Source: Promethearchaeota archaeon
GTDB lineage: Archaea > Asgardarchaeota > Thorarchaeia > Thorarchaeales > Thorarchaeaceae
Direction: 5' to 3'
NCBI GenBank assembly: GCA_014728035.1
Contig: WJMJ01000148.1
Location: forward strand, 85,228 to 149,227
DNA length: 64,000 bases
Position numbers and translations under genes: made by a program. The notes below the pieces were generated by a model that did not search any database, had not been told where the DNA came from, and worked only from the letters and a program-made list of their open reading frames with translations. Positions 48,812 through 58,290 of this stretch are shown piece by piece (position 1 is the stretch's first letter; every line of letters starts with the position of its first letter).

Positions 48812-49459
48812 ATGGTTATTGAGATAGAGGATGAGATGAAAGCTCAGATAATAGAGATGTTCGATGTCATTACTAATGATGTTACAATCCACGTTTTTCT
48901 TAAAGAACACGATTGTCTCTATTGCAATGATACACAAGCTCTTGCAGATCAAGTTGCTGAATTGTCCGAAAGAGTTCGAGTGAAAATCCATAAAGGTTCT
49001 GAAGGAGCGATTCTGATGGAAGAGTTGGGAGTCGAGATGCATCCAGCTATAGTCTTACATGGAAAAGAAAAATACAAAATCAGATTCTATGGTATTCCAG
49101 CAGGACACGAATTTAGTGCTTTTATTGCAGGTGTGGTTCTAGCTGGCACAGGTGTAGCACAACTACCACCAGGTATTATTGAGGATATTGAAGCGATTGA
49201 CGAACCTATTCATATCAGGGTCTTTACAACTCCTCAATGTCCTTACTGTCCAAATATGGTTCGGTTAGCTCATATGGCTGCTGTACTAAATCCACTAATC
49301 TCAGCAGATATGATCGAATCACTAGAATTTAGTAAGCTAGCTGAGAAGTATGAAGTTTTTGGAGTGCCAAAGACAATTATCAACGATACCGTTTCAATCG
49401 AAGGACTGGCACAACCAGATTTATTTGTTGAGAAATTATTTGATGCAATAGACCAATAA
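48812..49459 (+). CDS. Protein disulfide oxidoreductase (two thioredoxin folds)
   Basis: CLYC and CPYC motifs, GIPAGHEF, GVPKT. Confidence 0.9.
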   Translation: MVIEIEDEMKAQIIEMFDVITNDVTIHVFLKEHDCLYCNDTQALADQVAELSERVRVKIHKGSEGAILMEELGVEMHPAIVLHGKEKYKIRFYGIPAGHEFSAFIAGVVLAGTGVAQLPPGIIEDIEAIDEPIHIRVFTTPQCPYCPNMVRLAHMAAVLNPLISADMIESLEFSKLAEKYEVFGVPKTIINDTVSIEGLAQPDLFVEKLFDAIDQ

Positions 49460-49469
49460 GGAATTAACT

Positions 49470-49751
49470 ATGACTCAATCTTTCGTCCTCTTACTTCGGC
49501 CTACTCCAAAGTACGGAGAACCTCAGACAGATGATATTGTTTCACAACACTTTAAGTATCTTCAGGAACTACAATCAAGAGGAATTCTAATTATGGCAGG
49601 GAGATTCTCGGATGTTCTTATTGGGATAGTCATTTTTCAGTGTAATGATAAAGAAGAAGCAAACAAAATAATGGAAGAGGATCCAGCAGTTAGGGAGGGC
49701 ATATTTCATGCTGAGTTATATCCTTGGAGAATAGCACTGAGAAGTGAATAG
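49470..49751 (+). CDS. YciI family protein
   Basis: QHFKYL...MAGRF...EDPAVREG. Confidence 0.82.
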   Translation: MTQSFVLLLRPTPKYGEPQTDDIVSQHFKYLQELQSRGILIMAGRFSDVLIGIVIFQCNDKEEANKIMEEDPAVREGIFHAELYPWRIALRSE

Positions 49752-49762
49752 ACCATAGCAAT

Positions 49763-50701
49763 CTATTCACTCTGCTGACAGGTATAGACAAATTCGTTCT
49801 CATTAACATACAGATAAGCTTGGTAAGCTGCATGTACTCCCTCTGCAACACCAGTAATTGCTTGTTTAAATTCGGACTCGACAACATCACCGGCTGCGAA
49901 AATCCCTGGAATGTTTGTTCTACTAGCTCGGTCGATAATGATTTCCTTCTTCTTGTTTGTTTCAACACCTAGCTTCTTTGCCAATCCAGACATGGGAATG
50001 CCTCCGATAGCGATGAATACTCCATCAAGTTCAAGAGTATCAGAACCATTGTAGGAATTATCAAGTTTTACTCCAGTGACCCTTTGAGAACCAAGAATTT
50101 CAATCACATTAGTCTCAGTAATAACTTCAATTTTCTCTTCCTTCTGAATTCTTGCTGCGTTTATTGGTTCAGGTCGTATCTGTTTTCCTCTATAGATGAT
50201 GTATACTTTGGGAGAATACTTTGCTAGAAGTAACGCCTCTTTTGCTGCACTATCGCTACCTCCGACAACTGCAACAGTTTTTCCTTGAAACAGTGGAGCA
50301 TCGCATAATGCACAGTAACTGACTCCGCGATTTCGCAATTCGTCATGTCCCGGAACTTTGAGTTCTCTTTCTTCCATTCCAGTGGCGAAAAGAATTGTCT
50401 TAGCGAAAAATGTTTTACTTTCAGTTATAACATAGAATATCTTCTCATCAGTTCGAATTACATCTTCGACCATATCAGTTTCAAAATCGACTATGTAGTC
50501 CAGGGCGTGATCTTTTAGCTTCTTTGCCAGCTCTTTTCCTGTCAGCTGAATGAAACCAGGATAATTAGCAACATCATCTGTGAGAGTTATTGTACCACCC
50601 TCAACATCTCCAATGACCAAAGATGTTAATCCTAGTCTAGCAGCATACATAGAAGCCGCATAGCCTGTGACACCAGAACCTACAATGATCAAATCGTACA
50701 A
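49763..50701 (-). CDS. trxB: Thioredoxin reductase
   Basis: FAD motif GSG..G, GVSYCALCD, GGSDSA, GIFAAGD. Confidence 0.92.
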   Translation of the reverse strand: MYDLIIVGSGVTGYAASMYAARLGLTSLVIGDVEGGTITLTDDVANYPGFIQLTGKELAKKLKDHALDYIVDFETDMVEDVIRTDEKIFYVITESKTFFAKTILFATGMEERELKVPGHDELRNRGVSYCALCDAPLFQGKTVAVVGGSDSAAKEALLLAKYSPKVYIIYRGKQIRPEPINAARIQKEEKIEVITETNVIEILGSQRVTGVKLDNSYNGSDTLELDGVFIAIGGIPMSGLAKKLGVETNKKKEIIIDRASRTNIPGIFAAGDVVESEFKQAITGVAEGVHAAYQAYLYVNENEFVYTCQQSE

Positions 50702-50704
50702 CTT

Positions 50705-50962
50705 CTAGCCTCCAAGTTTGCGTTTCAATCGCCTTTGAACTCTTCGATCGAATCCAACATAGACATTGTCATCAAAGACAATTGCAGGAATACCTAGTTG
50801 GTTTGACTTCTCCTTAAGTTCATCAAATAGTTCAGGTTTCGTAAGAACGCATTTTTCATCGTAAGAAGTTCCAATCTCATCAAGAAATTCTTTAAGTTTC
50901 TTCGAATGAGGACATAAAGGAGCAGTATATATAGTGACCTTTACCAAGACTTTGTTCTCCAT
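50705..50962 (-). CDS. Glutaredoxin/NrdH-like protein (CxxS)
   Basis: IYTAPLCPHS, GIPAI, VGFD. Confidence 0.82.
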   Translation of the reverse strand: MENKVLVKVTIYTAPLCPHSKKLKEFLDEIGTSYDEKCVLTKPELFDELKEKSNQLGIPAIVFDDNVYVGFDRRVQRRLKRKLGG

Positions 50963-51127
50963 TGATTTCTATCTATTATCTGGAATATACACGATGCCAT
51001 ATAAGATTTGAATATAGCTATGTATTGTGAATACAGTAGAGAAACTATATTAAAGTAAAAAGTTAATGAATCAATATTAGTTACGCAGGGAGGATGCGGC
51101 AACTACCTTAGAACTGGTGAATTCGTA

Positions 51128-54100
51128 ATGGGAAAGAGAGCTCTTGGAGATCGCAAAGCCGAAAATCTAATTGAGGTCGGTGTGGGATATTCCACGCTTA
51201 AAGATTCATATCAAGCAGGGTTAGCAGCTTCCAAAGATGCCTTATCTCAAATCATGGAGCACGAGGTTTCAGTTGTTATCCTGTTTACATCCTCACGATT
51301 CGACCTTGAAAAATTAGCTCAAGGAGTTAAAGAAGTAGCTGACGATGCTATTGTAATTGGTACCACTACAGCAGGTGAAATAGCAGACAGAAGATTAGAA
51401 AATTCAGTTGTGGTTGTAGTATTAGCATCTCCTTTTATCAGCGTTAATGTGGGAATTGGAACTAATGTTGCAAAAGATTGGAGAAGCGCAGTTGAAGATG
51501 TCATCAAATCATCAGATGTTGCCAAGTATTTTCAGAAAGACTATTCAATTTGGGCTAACTTGACTAGAAATGGGAAAAATGTATTTGGACTACTTTTTTC
51601 ACCTGGAGCTACTCTAAAGGCAGATTCCCAAAATTACCTCATTCTCCAAGAGTTGATTAGCAGATCTGAATCAAAGATACCTTTCTTCGGTGGAGCGTCA
51701 GCAGATGACTGGAAATTGGAAGAAAATCATGTAATCTTAAATGGGAAAGTATATCCGAATAGTATACTCTTGGCAGTATTTGAAACTAGCCTGTCATTTG
51801 GGATTGGAATGGCGCATGGTTACGAGGCTAGTGATGAAAAATTCAGGGTAACGAAAATAGAAGGACAAGAAATTCTTGAGATTGATAACAAACCCGCAGT
51901 TAAGGTGCTTTCTGAAATATTTGATTTTAAAATAGAAGAAATAGGAGGTATGCATTTAGGTTTCTTGACAACGGGAACCATCGGATACCAGAAAGATCAA
52001 GGTGACTATGTTCTCAATATCCCATCCAGAGTGACTAGTCGACAAGGAGTTATCTTGTCTCACGCTGTTCCACAAGGTATTGAATTAACCGTTATGAAAG
52101 CGACTAAGAAGCGTCTAGCTGAAGCTAGCAAAAATGCTCTTCGTCGCGCAAATCTGAGAGCGGGTATTTCAAAACCCGCTATATGTATTACATTTTCTTG
52201 TGCTCTTAGAGCTGCAATATTGGATGACGAAGCTGATAATGAGATACAATCCATGAAAGAAGCAGCACCGAAAACACCAATCGTAGGATTCTATTCTTTT
52301 GGAGAACAGACGATATCAAATGATGGAACCAACGAGCATTTCAACGAGATAATTTCGGTTCTTTCAATTGGAAACTCTCTTTCACCGAGTGCAGAAGTCG
52401 CATTAGAAAATAAACAACTATTAAGAGAATTAAAAATAACAGAAGAAGCACAAAGGGCTCTTCTGATTCAAATGCCTGATGCTGTAATTGCTACGGACGA
52501 GGATGGTGTCATTTCTCATTGGAATCCGAAAGCAGAAGAAATTCTTGGTTATAGTGAAGAATATTGTATTGGGAAAATACTTGAAGATGTTCTAAGTGAT
52601 AGTGCTCAGGAATTACTCAACCTGATAAAAACCGAGAATTGTGGGATTGGATATTCATCTGAGCTCTATATCCTAGCATCAAATGGCACAAAAATTCCTT
52701 TTCTCGTAACCGCATCACATAACAGAAATCAACCATATTTTACCGATGTTTATATTCTACATGACATTAGACACAGAATTGAAATGCGAAATGCGCTGCT
52801 TGATAGCGAAGAGAAGTATAGAAATCTAATTGAAAATTCACTTGAAGGTATTGCTATAGCTACTGATAATAAATTCCTCTTTGTTAACACAGCTTTTTCA
52901 AAACTGATGGGGCGATCAATAGATGAATTGCTATCTAAAAGAATGCCTGCTATTCTACATTTCATTCATCCAGAAGATGTAGAGAAATTGACAATCTTAA
53001 ACGATGTGTGGCAAAAAGAAAGAACTGTTCCGGATAGAGTAGAATTCAGAGTTATAACAGATACAGGAGAAACAAAATGGATTGAATGTTATCCTCAAAC
53101 GATAATGTACGATGATGTACCGGCAATTCAAATGCTCGCTCATGATATCACGATAAGAAAAAATGTGATGAATTCACTTGAGAAAGAAAGGACATTCTTT
53201 CAAACCCTAGCAGAAGTATCCGTCGAGGATGATGATATTCAAAGCATTTGCAGAAGGATACTTGAAACACTAATGAGAAACTATGATTTTCATTTAGGAG
53301 CTATTCAGCTATACGACGAGAAGAACAATTTGCTTGAGCTGGTGGCAGCTCAGGGAGTGAGTCCTTACAAAACATACAAACACATGAAAGTCGCTCCCAT
53401 TGAAGAAACGGGGTTCATTGCCTCCCATGTCGCATACTCGAAGGAACCCATTTACATCACAGATAGCATTCCGGAAGCTTGGCCAAAAATCGTTGAACAA
53501 CGTTTCAAAGAATTAAGAGTAAGAAGTTCTATGACCTATCCAATTTTGCGTTCCGATTCTTCGTTGATTGGTATTGTTAATTTTGCATCAAAAAAATCCT
53601 CATCATTTTCCAGTTATGACAAACAATTTTACCAAGCAGCAATTTCCATGCTCGGAACTGCAATAGAAAAAGCTGAAGCAAAACAAAAATTAGTTGAATC
53701 AAAAGAACTTTTTGAAAAGACATTCATATCACAGAGAGATTCGATATTAATCCTTTCGAAATCCAATCCACCAATTGTTGTCGACTGTAATCCGATGGCT
53801 AATGAAGTGTTTGGTTATCCAAGAAATGAGCTAATTGGGAGTGCAGTAGAAATTTTAGCTCCAGATGATTCTTCAGGAAATCGTCTGATCCATCAATTGA
53901 CTCATAATATTAAAAGACGAGGATTTATCCAAATTCCAGATTTTGTTTTGGAAAGCAAAACTGGAAAGAAATTGGATACTGAAATCACAGCGGTTCTACT
54001 TCAAAAAGATTCGGGAGGTGATATGGGATCAGTTGTAGTAATACGTGATATTACAAAAGAAAAGCAAGATGAACAAGCTCTAATAGAAAGTGAACAGCGA

Positions 54101-55075
54101 TACAAGACTGTACTTCAATCATTAAATGACCTTGTGTTTGTGTTTGACGAAGAAAACAGATATACACAGTTTTATTCAGCTAGCGGACATTTACTTGCTG
54201 TGTCTAAAGAAGAATTCATAGGAAAGCAAGTGGATGAAGTATTGGATAATGAATCGAGTAGAATATTGCTATCGACTCTTGACAGAGTTCGTGAAACAGG
54301 AGAAAATGGAAATATAGAATATGAATTGGAAATCAACGGGGAAGTGCGGTACTTCTCAGGTTCAGTGTCATTACAGGATGACGGAAAACACTGCACTTTG
54401 ATTGTCCGTGACGTGACCGAAAGGAAACTTGCTGAAAATGAGCTACTCACTTCATATCGGGATCTTGAATTATATACGTCTCTGTTACGTCATGACATAG
54501 CTAACGATTTGCAAATAATAATGGCACAATCTGGAATGCTCGAAAAAAACCTGGGAGATATCAATCGAGAACGAACAGAAGCAATTTTTGCTGCAGCAGA
54601 GAGAATGGGAAGAGTCTTGAGTGTTTTCGGAGCAAGCGAAAATGAACCTAAACAGACTCTATTAGCTATGATAGAAAAAATATCAGACCAAGCAAAACGT
54701 GCTCATCCTGGATTAATTGTTAATATCGAATGTACTAATCATGCCAAATCTATCAACCTAAGCATTGGAAGACTCATTCCTTTGGCTTTTGATAATCTTC
54801 TTAGAAATGCAGCTACATTTGCTGGAGAAAATCCAGTTGTTGATATCAAGATTAGGAAATCACAAAATACTATCATCATTGATTTCAAGGATAACGGAGA
54901 TGGGATTCCTACCCATATCCACGATAACCTATTTCAAAGGGGCACATCCACTACTGGTGGAGGATTAGGATTATACCTTACAAAAAGAGTCCTAGAAGGA
55001 CATGGAGCAAGTATTGAATTAATAAAAGACAAGCACAAAGGTACTCATTTTCGTGTGGTATTTCCAATCCAATAA
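51128..55075 (+). CDS. FIST-PAS-PAS-GAF-PAS-PAS histidine kinase
   Basis: GTTTAGEI, FFGGASAD, FSCALR, GFYSFGE (FIST); several PAS domains; LLRHDIAN H-box; DNGDG, GLGL. Confidence 0.9.
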   Translation: MGKRALGDRKAENLIEVGVGYSTLKDSYQAGLAASKDALSQIMEHEVSVVILFTSSRFDLEKLAQGVKEVADDAIVIGTTTAGEIADRRLENSVVVVVLASPFISVNVGIGTNVAKDWRSAVEDVIKSSDVAKYFQKDYSIWANLTRNGKNVFGLLFSPGATLKADSQNYLILQELISRSESKIPFFGGASADDWKLEENHVILNGKVYPNSILLAVFETSLSFGIGMAHGYEASDEKFRVTKIEGQEILEIDNKPAVKVLSEIFDFKIEEIGGMHLGFLTTGTIGYQKDQGDYVLNIPSRVTSRQGVILSHAVPQGIELTVMKATKKRLAEASKNALRRANLRAGISKPAICITFSCALRAAILDDEADNEIQSMKEAAPKTPIVGFYSFGEQTISNDGTNEHFNEIISVLSIGNSLSPSAEVALENKQLLRELKITEEAQRALLIQMPDAVIATDEDGVISHWNPKAEEILGYSEEYCIGKILEDVLSDSAQELLNLIKTENCGIGYSSELYILASNGTKIPFLVTASHNRNQPYFTDVYILHDIRHRIEMRNALLDSEEKYRNLIENSLEGIAIATDNKFLFVNTAFSKLMGRSIDELLSKRMPAILHFIHPEDVEKLTILNDVWQKERTVPDRVEFRVITDTGETKWIECYPQTIMYDDVPAIQMLAHDITIRKNVMNSLEKERTFFQTLAEVSVEDDDIQSICRRILETLMRNYDFHLGAIQLYDEKNNLLELVAAQGVSPYKTYKHMKVAPIEETGFIASHVAYSKEPIYITDSIPEAWPKIVEQRFKELRVRSSMTYPILRSDSSLIGIVNFASKKSSSFSSYDKQFYQAAISMLGTAIEKAEAKQKLVESKELFEKTFISQRDSILILSKSNPPIVVDCNPMANEVFGYPRNELIGSAVEILAPDDSSGNRLIHQLTHNIKRRGFIQIPDFVLESKTGKKLDTEITAVLLQKDSGGDMGSVVVIRDITKEKQDEQALIESEQRYKTVLQSLNDLVFVFDEENRYTQFYSASGHLLAVSKEEFIGKQVDEVLDNESSRILLSTLDRVRETGENGNIEYELEINGEVRYFSGSVSLQDDGKHCTLIVRDVTERKLAENELLTSYRDLELYTSLLRHDIANDLQIIMAQSGMLEKNLGDINRERTEAIFAAAERMGRVLSVFGASENEPKQTLLAMIEKISDQAKRAHPGLIVNIECTNHAKSINLSIGRLIPLAFDNLLRNAATFAGENPVVDIKIRKSQNTIIIDFKDNGDGIPTHIHDNLFQRGTSTTGGGLGLYLTKRVLEGHGASIELIKDKHKGTHFRVVFPIQ

Positions 55076-55152
55076 TTCCAATTTCTTGTCCTTTGTCAAC
55101 AGTCTTAAGCAATAACGATGTATTTGTGTTATTCATATTTAGAGGGATTGGA

Positions 55153-55629
55153 TTGAAAAAAGAAGATACGCTTGAATTCATTGATAAACAGATAGATCTA
55201 GAAGAAAACATAATTAATATCGTAAAGGAAAACACTTCCAAACTTGGAAATGCTTTCGTGAAAGATTTACTTCTAGGTATTGCGCAAGACTCGAAAAAAC
55301 ACGCGGCATTACTCAAGTCATTGAAGAAAGCAGTCGAAGGACCTACACCTTTCATCAGCACTGATGAACGAGACAAGATTGCCAAGGGAATCGAGAAACA
55401 TATCGAACTTGAATCACAAGCAATCGAGACCTACTCGGAACTTATTAAGAAGAGCGACAATGAGCAGGTTAAAACCATTGCTGCTATGATTCATGAAGAT
55501 GAGATTCGACACCATGCACTTTTGAAAGAATTGCACAAAACAATAATCGAGCCCGAAACTTTGACAGAAGACATGATTTGGGATATTTTGTGGAAAGACT
55601 CACCCTGGCATGGTAGTCCTGGCGGCTAA
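55153..55629 (+). CDS. Ferritin-like (rubrerythrin-type) di-iron protein
   Basis: Duplicated LE...DSKKH and LE...DEIRH; probable TTG start at 55153. Confidence 0.8.
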   Translation: MKKEDTLEFIDKQIDLEENIINIVKENTSKLGNAFVKDLLLGIAQDSKKHAALLKSLKKAVEGPTPFISTDERDKIAKGIEKHIELESQAIETYSELIKKSDNEQVKTIAAMIHEDEIRHHALLKELHKTIIEPETLTEDMIWDILWKDSPWHGSPGG

Positions 55630-55645
55630 TTCAAAACATGATAAC

Positions 55646-55680
55646 TGTGGGTTTTATCCCACACCAATTCTATTTTATTC
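55646..55680. terminator. Hairpin between convergent genes
   Basis: TGTGGG-ttttat-CCCACA. Confidence 0.5.
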
Positions 55681-56227
55681 CATACTCATCAACAAGATTC
55701 AGAAAGGTCGAGTCTAAGGTATCCATTCCTACTCCGGTTTTAGCGGAAATCAAATGGGTGGTCATTCCATATTCATTAGCAACTTCGATCATCTCATCAC
55801 CAATCTGGTCGATTTTATCTCCATCTATAAGATCAATTTTATTTCCTACCAAAATGAAGCGTTTTCCATCCCCACTATCGAAATTCAGATTGCTATTTTC
55901 ATTGACTGCTGGAATCCAATAAGTGAACAAATTATCAAATGTCTGCATTTTACTTACATCAAAGAAAAGGAGGCCAATTTTTGCACCACGTATCATTGTT
56001 TTCATCTGATCTGCAAATCGTTTTTGGCCACCAAAGTCCCATATTGATAGTGTGCATTCAGTACCACTGGGAAGCTCCACCTTCTTAGTATCAAAACTTG
56101 CACCGATTGTAGTGCGTAGCATATCTGGATCAGGAAAATTACCAGTTGTATAGCGTTGGGTAAAAGATGTCTTCCCGCACTCTGTATCACCCAACACTGC
56201 TACTTTTACAATCGCCATTTGATTCAA
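55670..56227 (-). CDS. Rab-like small GTPase
   Basis: GDTECGKT, TTIG, WDFGGQ, NKID, ISAKTG. Confidence 0.92.
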   Translation of the reverse strand: MNQMAIVKVAVLGDTECGKTSFTQRYTTGNFPDPDMLRTTIGASFDTKKVELPSGTECTLSIWDFGGQKRFADQMKTMIRGAKIGLLFFDVSKMQTFDNLFTYWIPAVNENSNLNFDSGDGKRFILVGNKIDLIDGDKIDQIGDEMIEVANEYGMTTHLISAKTGVGMDTLDSTFLNLVDEYGIK

Positions 56228-56230
56228 TCC

Positions 56231-57607
56231 TCACGAAGACTGTTGACTGGACGTTCCTCTTAGAGTAGATATAATTTTTGCAAATGGAGGGCTAACACCG
56301 ATTGCTGCCGCAGCTGCTACACCCAATAGGATTAACGCTAGTTCAAATTGAAAATCTTCTACGTACATTGCAGATAAAGCTGCTAATAGCGCAGAAATAA
56401 CAAAGAGAACAAATCTTGATGCTGCTCTTCCAGCTCCAATCTTATACAGTCTCCACGAAGTTCGAATGAAAAGAACTATAGACCATATCAAAAATGGACC
56501 TAGAAGAATCCAGAGATCTCCTGCAACCCATCTACCGTCTGCAACTTCAGGTATTGCTAGAATTGTTATGAATGTGCAAAATGAGATTATTATCTCCCTA
56601 GTAACTGAGTATCCCCTCTCACCAAGTGCAGTAGATGCTGCAGCTAAAGTGATTCCTGTTAGTCCGAAACAACCGAGAAGTACGTCAAACCAAATCATAT
56701 AGCGATTGAATACTTCATTTTGTGAGATATAGACAGCCCATGAAAGGGAATGAGTAAACAATAACAACGAAATGGAACCAAGAACAAGAGCAATATATTT
56801 TGGTACTCTTGCTTCAGTTCTAGTTAGTTCGCCGAGGAAAAAGTCCAATGGTGCTAAAATACACAATCCCGTTATGAGACATGCCAGTACAAAACTCCAG
56901 ATTACATAAGTTCCAAAACTCAGAGCAACTATAATCAATGGAATACATATTGTAAGTCCGGTTCCAAATAATAAAATGGTAATCATTGTTCTTGGGGGTT
57001 TCCTAATTGATCCAAATATTGCTGCTCCTACAATCAGCGGTGCGTTTACAAAGATGTAATATTCAGGATTACTCCAGACAAAACCTGTACTAGCAAGCCA
57101 CCATGTCATAATATACATCAACAGTAACAGAGTTAGTGAGCCGGTAAATATAGTGGGATTCTCTTTAAGCAGTGTCAGAGCAAAGAAGAATGTTGCAATT
57201 AAGAACAATGCGAGAATGGGAGCAAAAAGAATGAGAATGCTAGTACCAGTAAAAAGTCGTTGAATATTCTCAAAAATCACTGGAACGATCAGAAAAGCAG
57301 TTATGATAGTTCCATTTCTTGCACGATTGCCTTCTTGAAAGAGAATATTCATCTGAGCAATGAGAACAAATCCTAGGAATAACGCATTAAAACCAGTAAT
57401 GATGAAACGAAGTGGCTCCATCATTCCCGCAAGTACGGAGAGTGTCACAAATATTCCTGCGATTCCAAATGCGGTCAATGCTCTTTGTGTATAGATCGTA
57501 AGTGTACCGTAAATCTCTCTGATTCTTTTTACATATATCAAGAGAGAGAAAGAAATGATAATACTTACAACCAGTCCGCTAATATTCATAGCAAGTGTGT
57601 AATCCAT
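56231..57607 (-). CDS. About 15-TM membrane protein (copy B), putative double-7TM receptor
   Basis: 15 hydrophobic segments counted by eye; paralogue of 58291-59661. Confidence 0.75.
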   Translation of the reverse strand: MDYTLAMNISGLVVSIIISFSLLIYVKRIREIYGTLTIYTQRALTAFGIAGIFVTLSVLAGMMEPLRFIITGFNALFLGFVLIAQMNILFQEGNRARNGTIITAFLIVPVIFENIQRLFTGTSILILFAPILALFLIATFFFALTLLKENPTIFTGSLTLLLLMYIMTWWLASTGFVWSNPEYYIFVNAPLIVGAAIFGSIRKPPRTMITILLFGTGLTICIPLIIVALSFGTYVIWSFVLACLITGLCILAPLDFFLGELTRTEARVPKYIALVLGSISLLLFTHSLSWAVYISQNEVFNRYMIWFDVLLGCFGLTGITLAAASTALGERGYSVTREIIISFCTFITILAIPEVADGRWVAGDLWILLGPFLIWSIVLFIRTSWRLYKIGAGRAASRFVLFVISALLAALSAMYVEDFQFELALILLGVAAAAAIGVSPPFAKIISTLRGTSSQQSS

Positions 57608-57613
57608 TTTGTA

Positions 57614-57991
57614 TCAACCCCATAAATCAGATATTTCGCGTCCGCGTTTATCAGCGACTTTTTGAATTCGTTTTGCAATCTCTTCTTTCGATGCTTCCGG
57701 TTTATTTGTAATGGAGGTCAAACTGTCAGCCACTTCATTCTCATTATCAGCTTCAGCTATGTAGACATAATCCCCCAAGGTGACATATCCGACAACACCA
57801 CGATCCGATTTCATAAAATGGTGTTTACCTTCCGAAAGACTTGCTGGGTCATCACGTTCAAGAGCTGCAGAAACGAGCTGTACAATACCCATCAACAAAG
57901 CAACTCGTTCATCCTTTTGCTCATCAATGGGATATAATACTTGAGAGCTCATATCGTCCAATTTTACTTTTGCTACCAGTCTGATGACCAT
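57614..57991 (-). CDS. Longin-fold protein (copy B)
   Basis: Beta-beta-alpha-beta-beta-beta-alpha-alpha pattern; C-terminus KRGREISDLWG. Confidence 0.65.
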   Translation of the reverse strand: MVIRLVAKVKLDDMSSQVLYPIDEQKDERVALLMGIVQLVSAALERDDPASLSEGKHHFMKSDRGVVGYVTLGDYVYIAEADNENEVADSLTSITNKPEASKEEIAKRIQKVADKRGREISDLWG

Positions 57992-58284
57992 TAGTCACCA
58001 CCCCCAAAAGCATCAGTTAACCAATCAAGCTCTTTAGACCCAGTTCGCTTCTTGGGTTCTTCTTTCTTTTTCATTGGAACAACAACGTCTCGAACCCCGA
58101 GACCTTTACCTCCACGTTGGTTATAGAGGGTGACCAGCAGTTCATGCCCATTTTCGCAATTTGCTATCATAGTTGGTGAGCGACCCTCATCCTTAATTCT
58201 CTGTTTAATAGATTCAGCTTCTTCATCTGAAAGTTTGATGGTAGTCTGACCTTGACACTCTGGACATTTGAATGTGATATCCAT
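57991..58284 (-). CDS. Small zinc-binding protein (copy B)
   Basis: FKCPEC...CENGH; C-terminus ELDWLTDAFG. Confidence 0.75.
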   Translation of the reverse strand: MDITFKCPECQGQTTIKLSDEEAESIKQRIKDEGRSPTMIANCENGHELLVTLYNQRGGKGLGVRDVVVPMKKKEEPKKRTGSKELDWLTDAFGGGD

Positions 58285-58290
58285 GATTTA

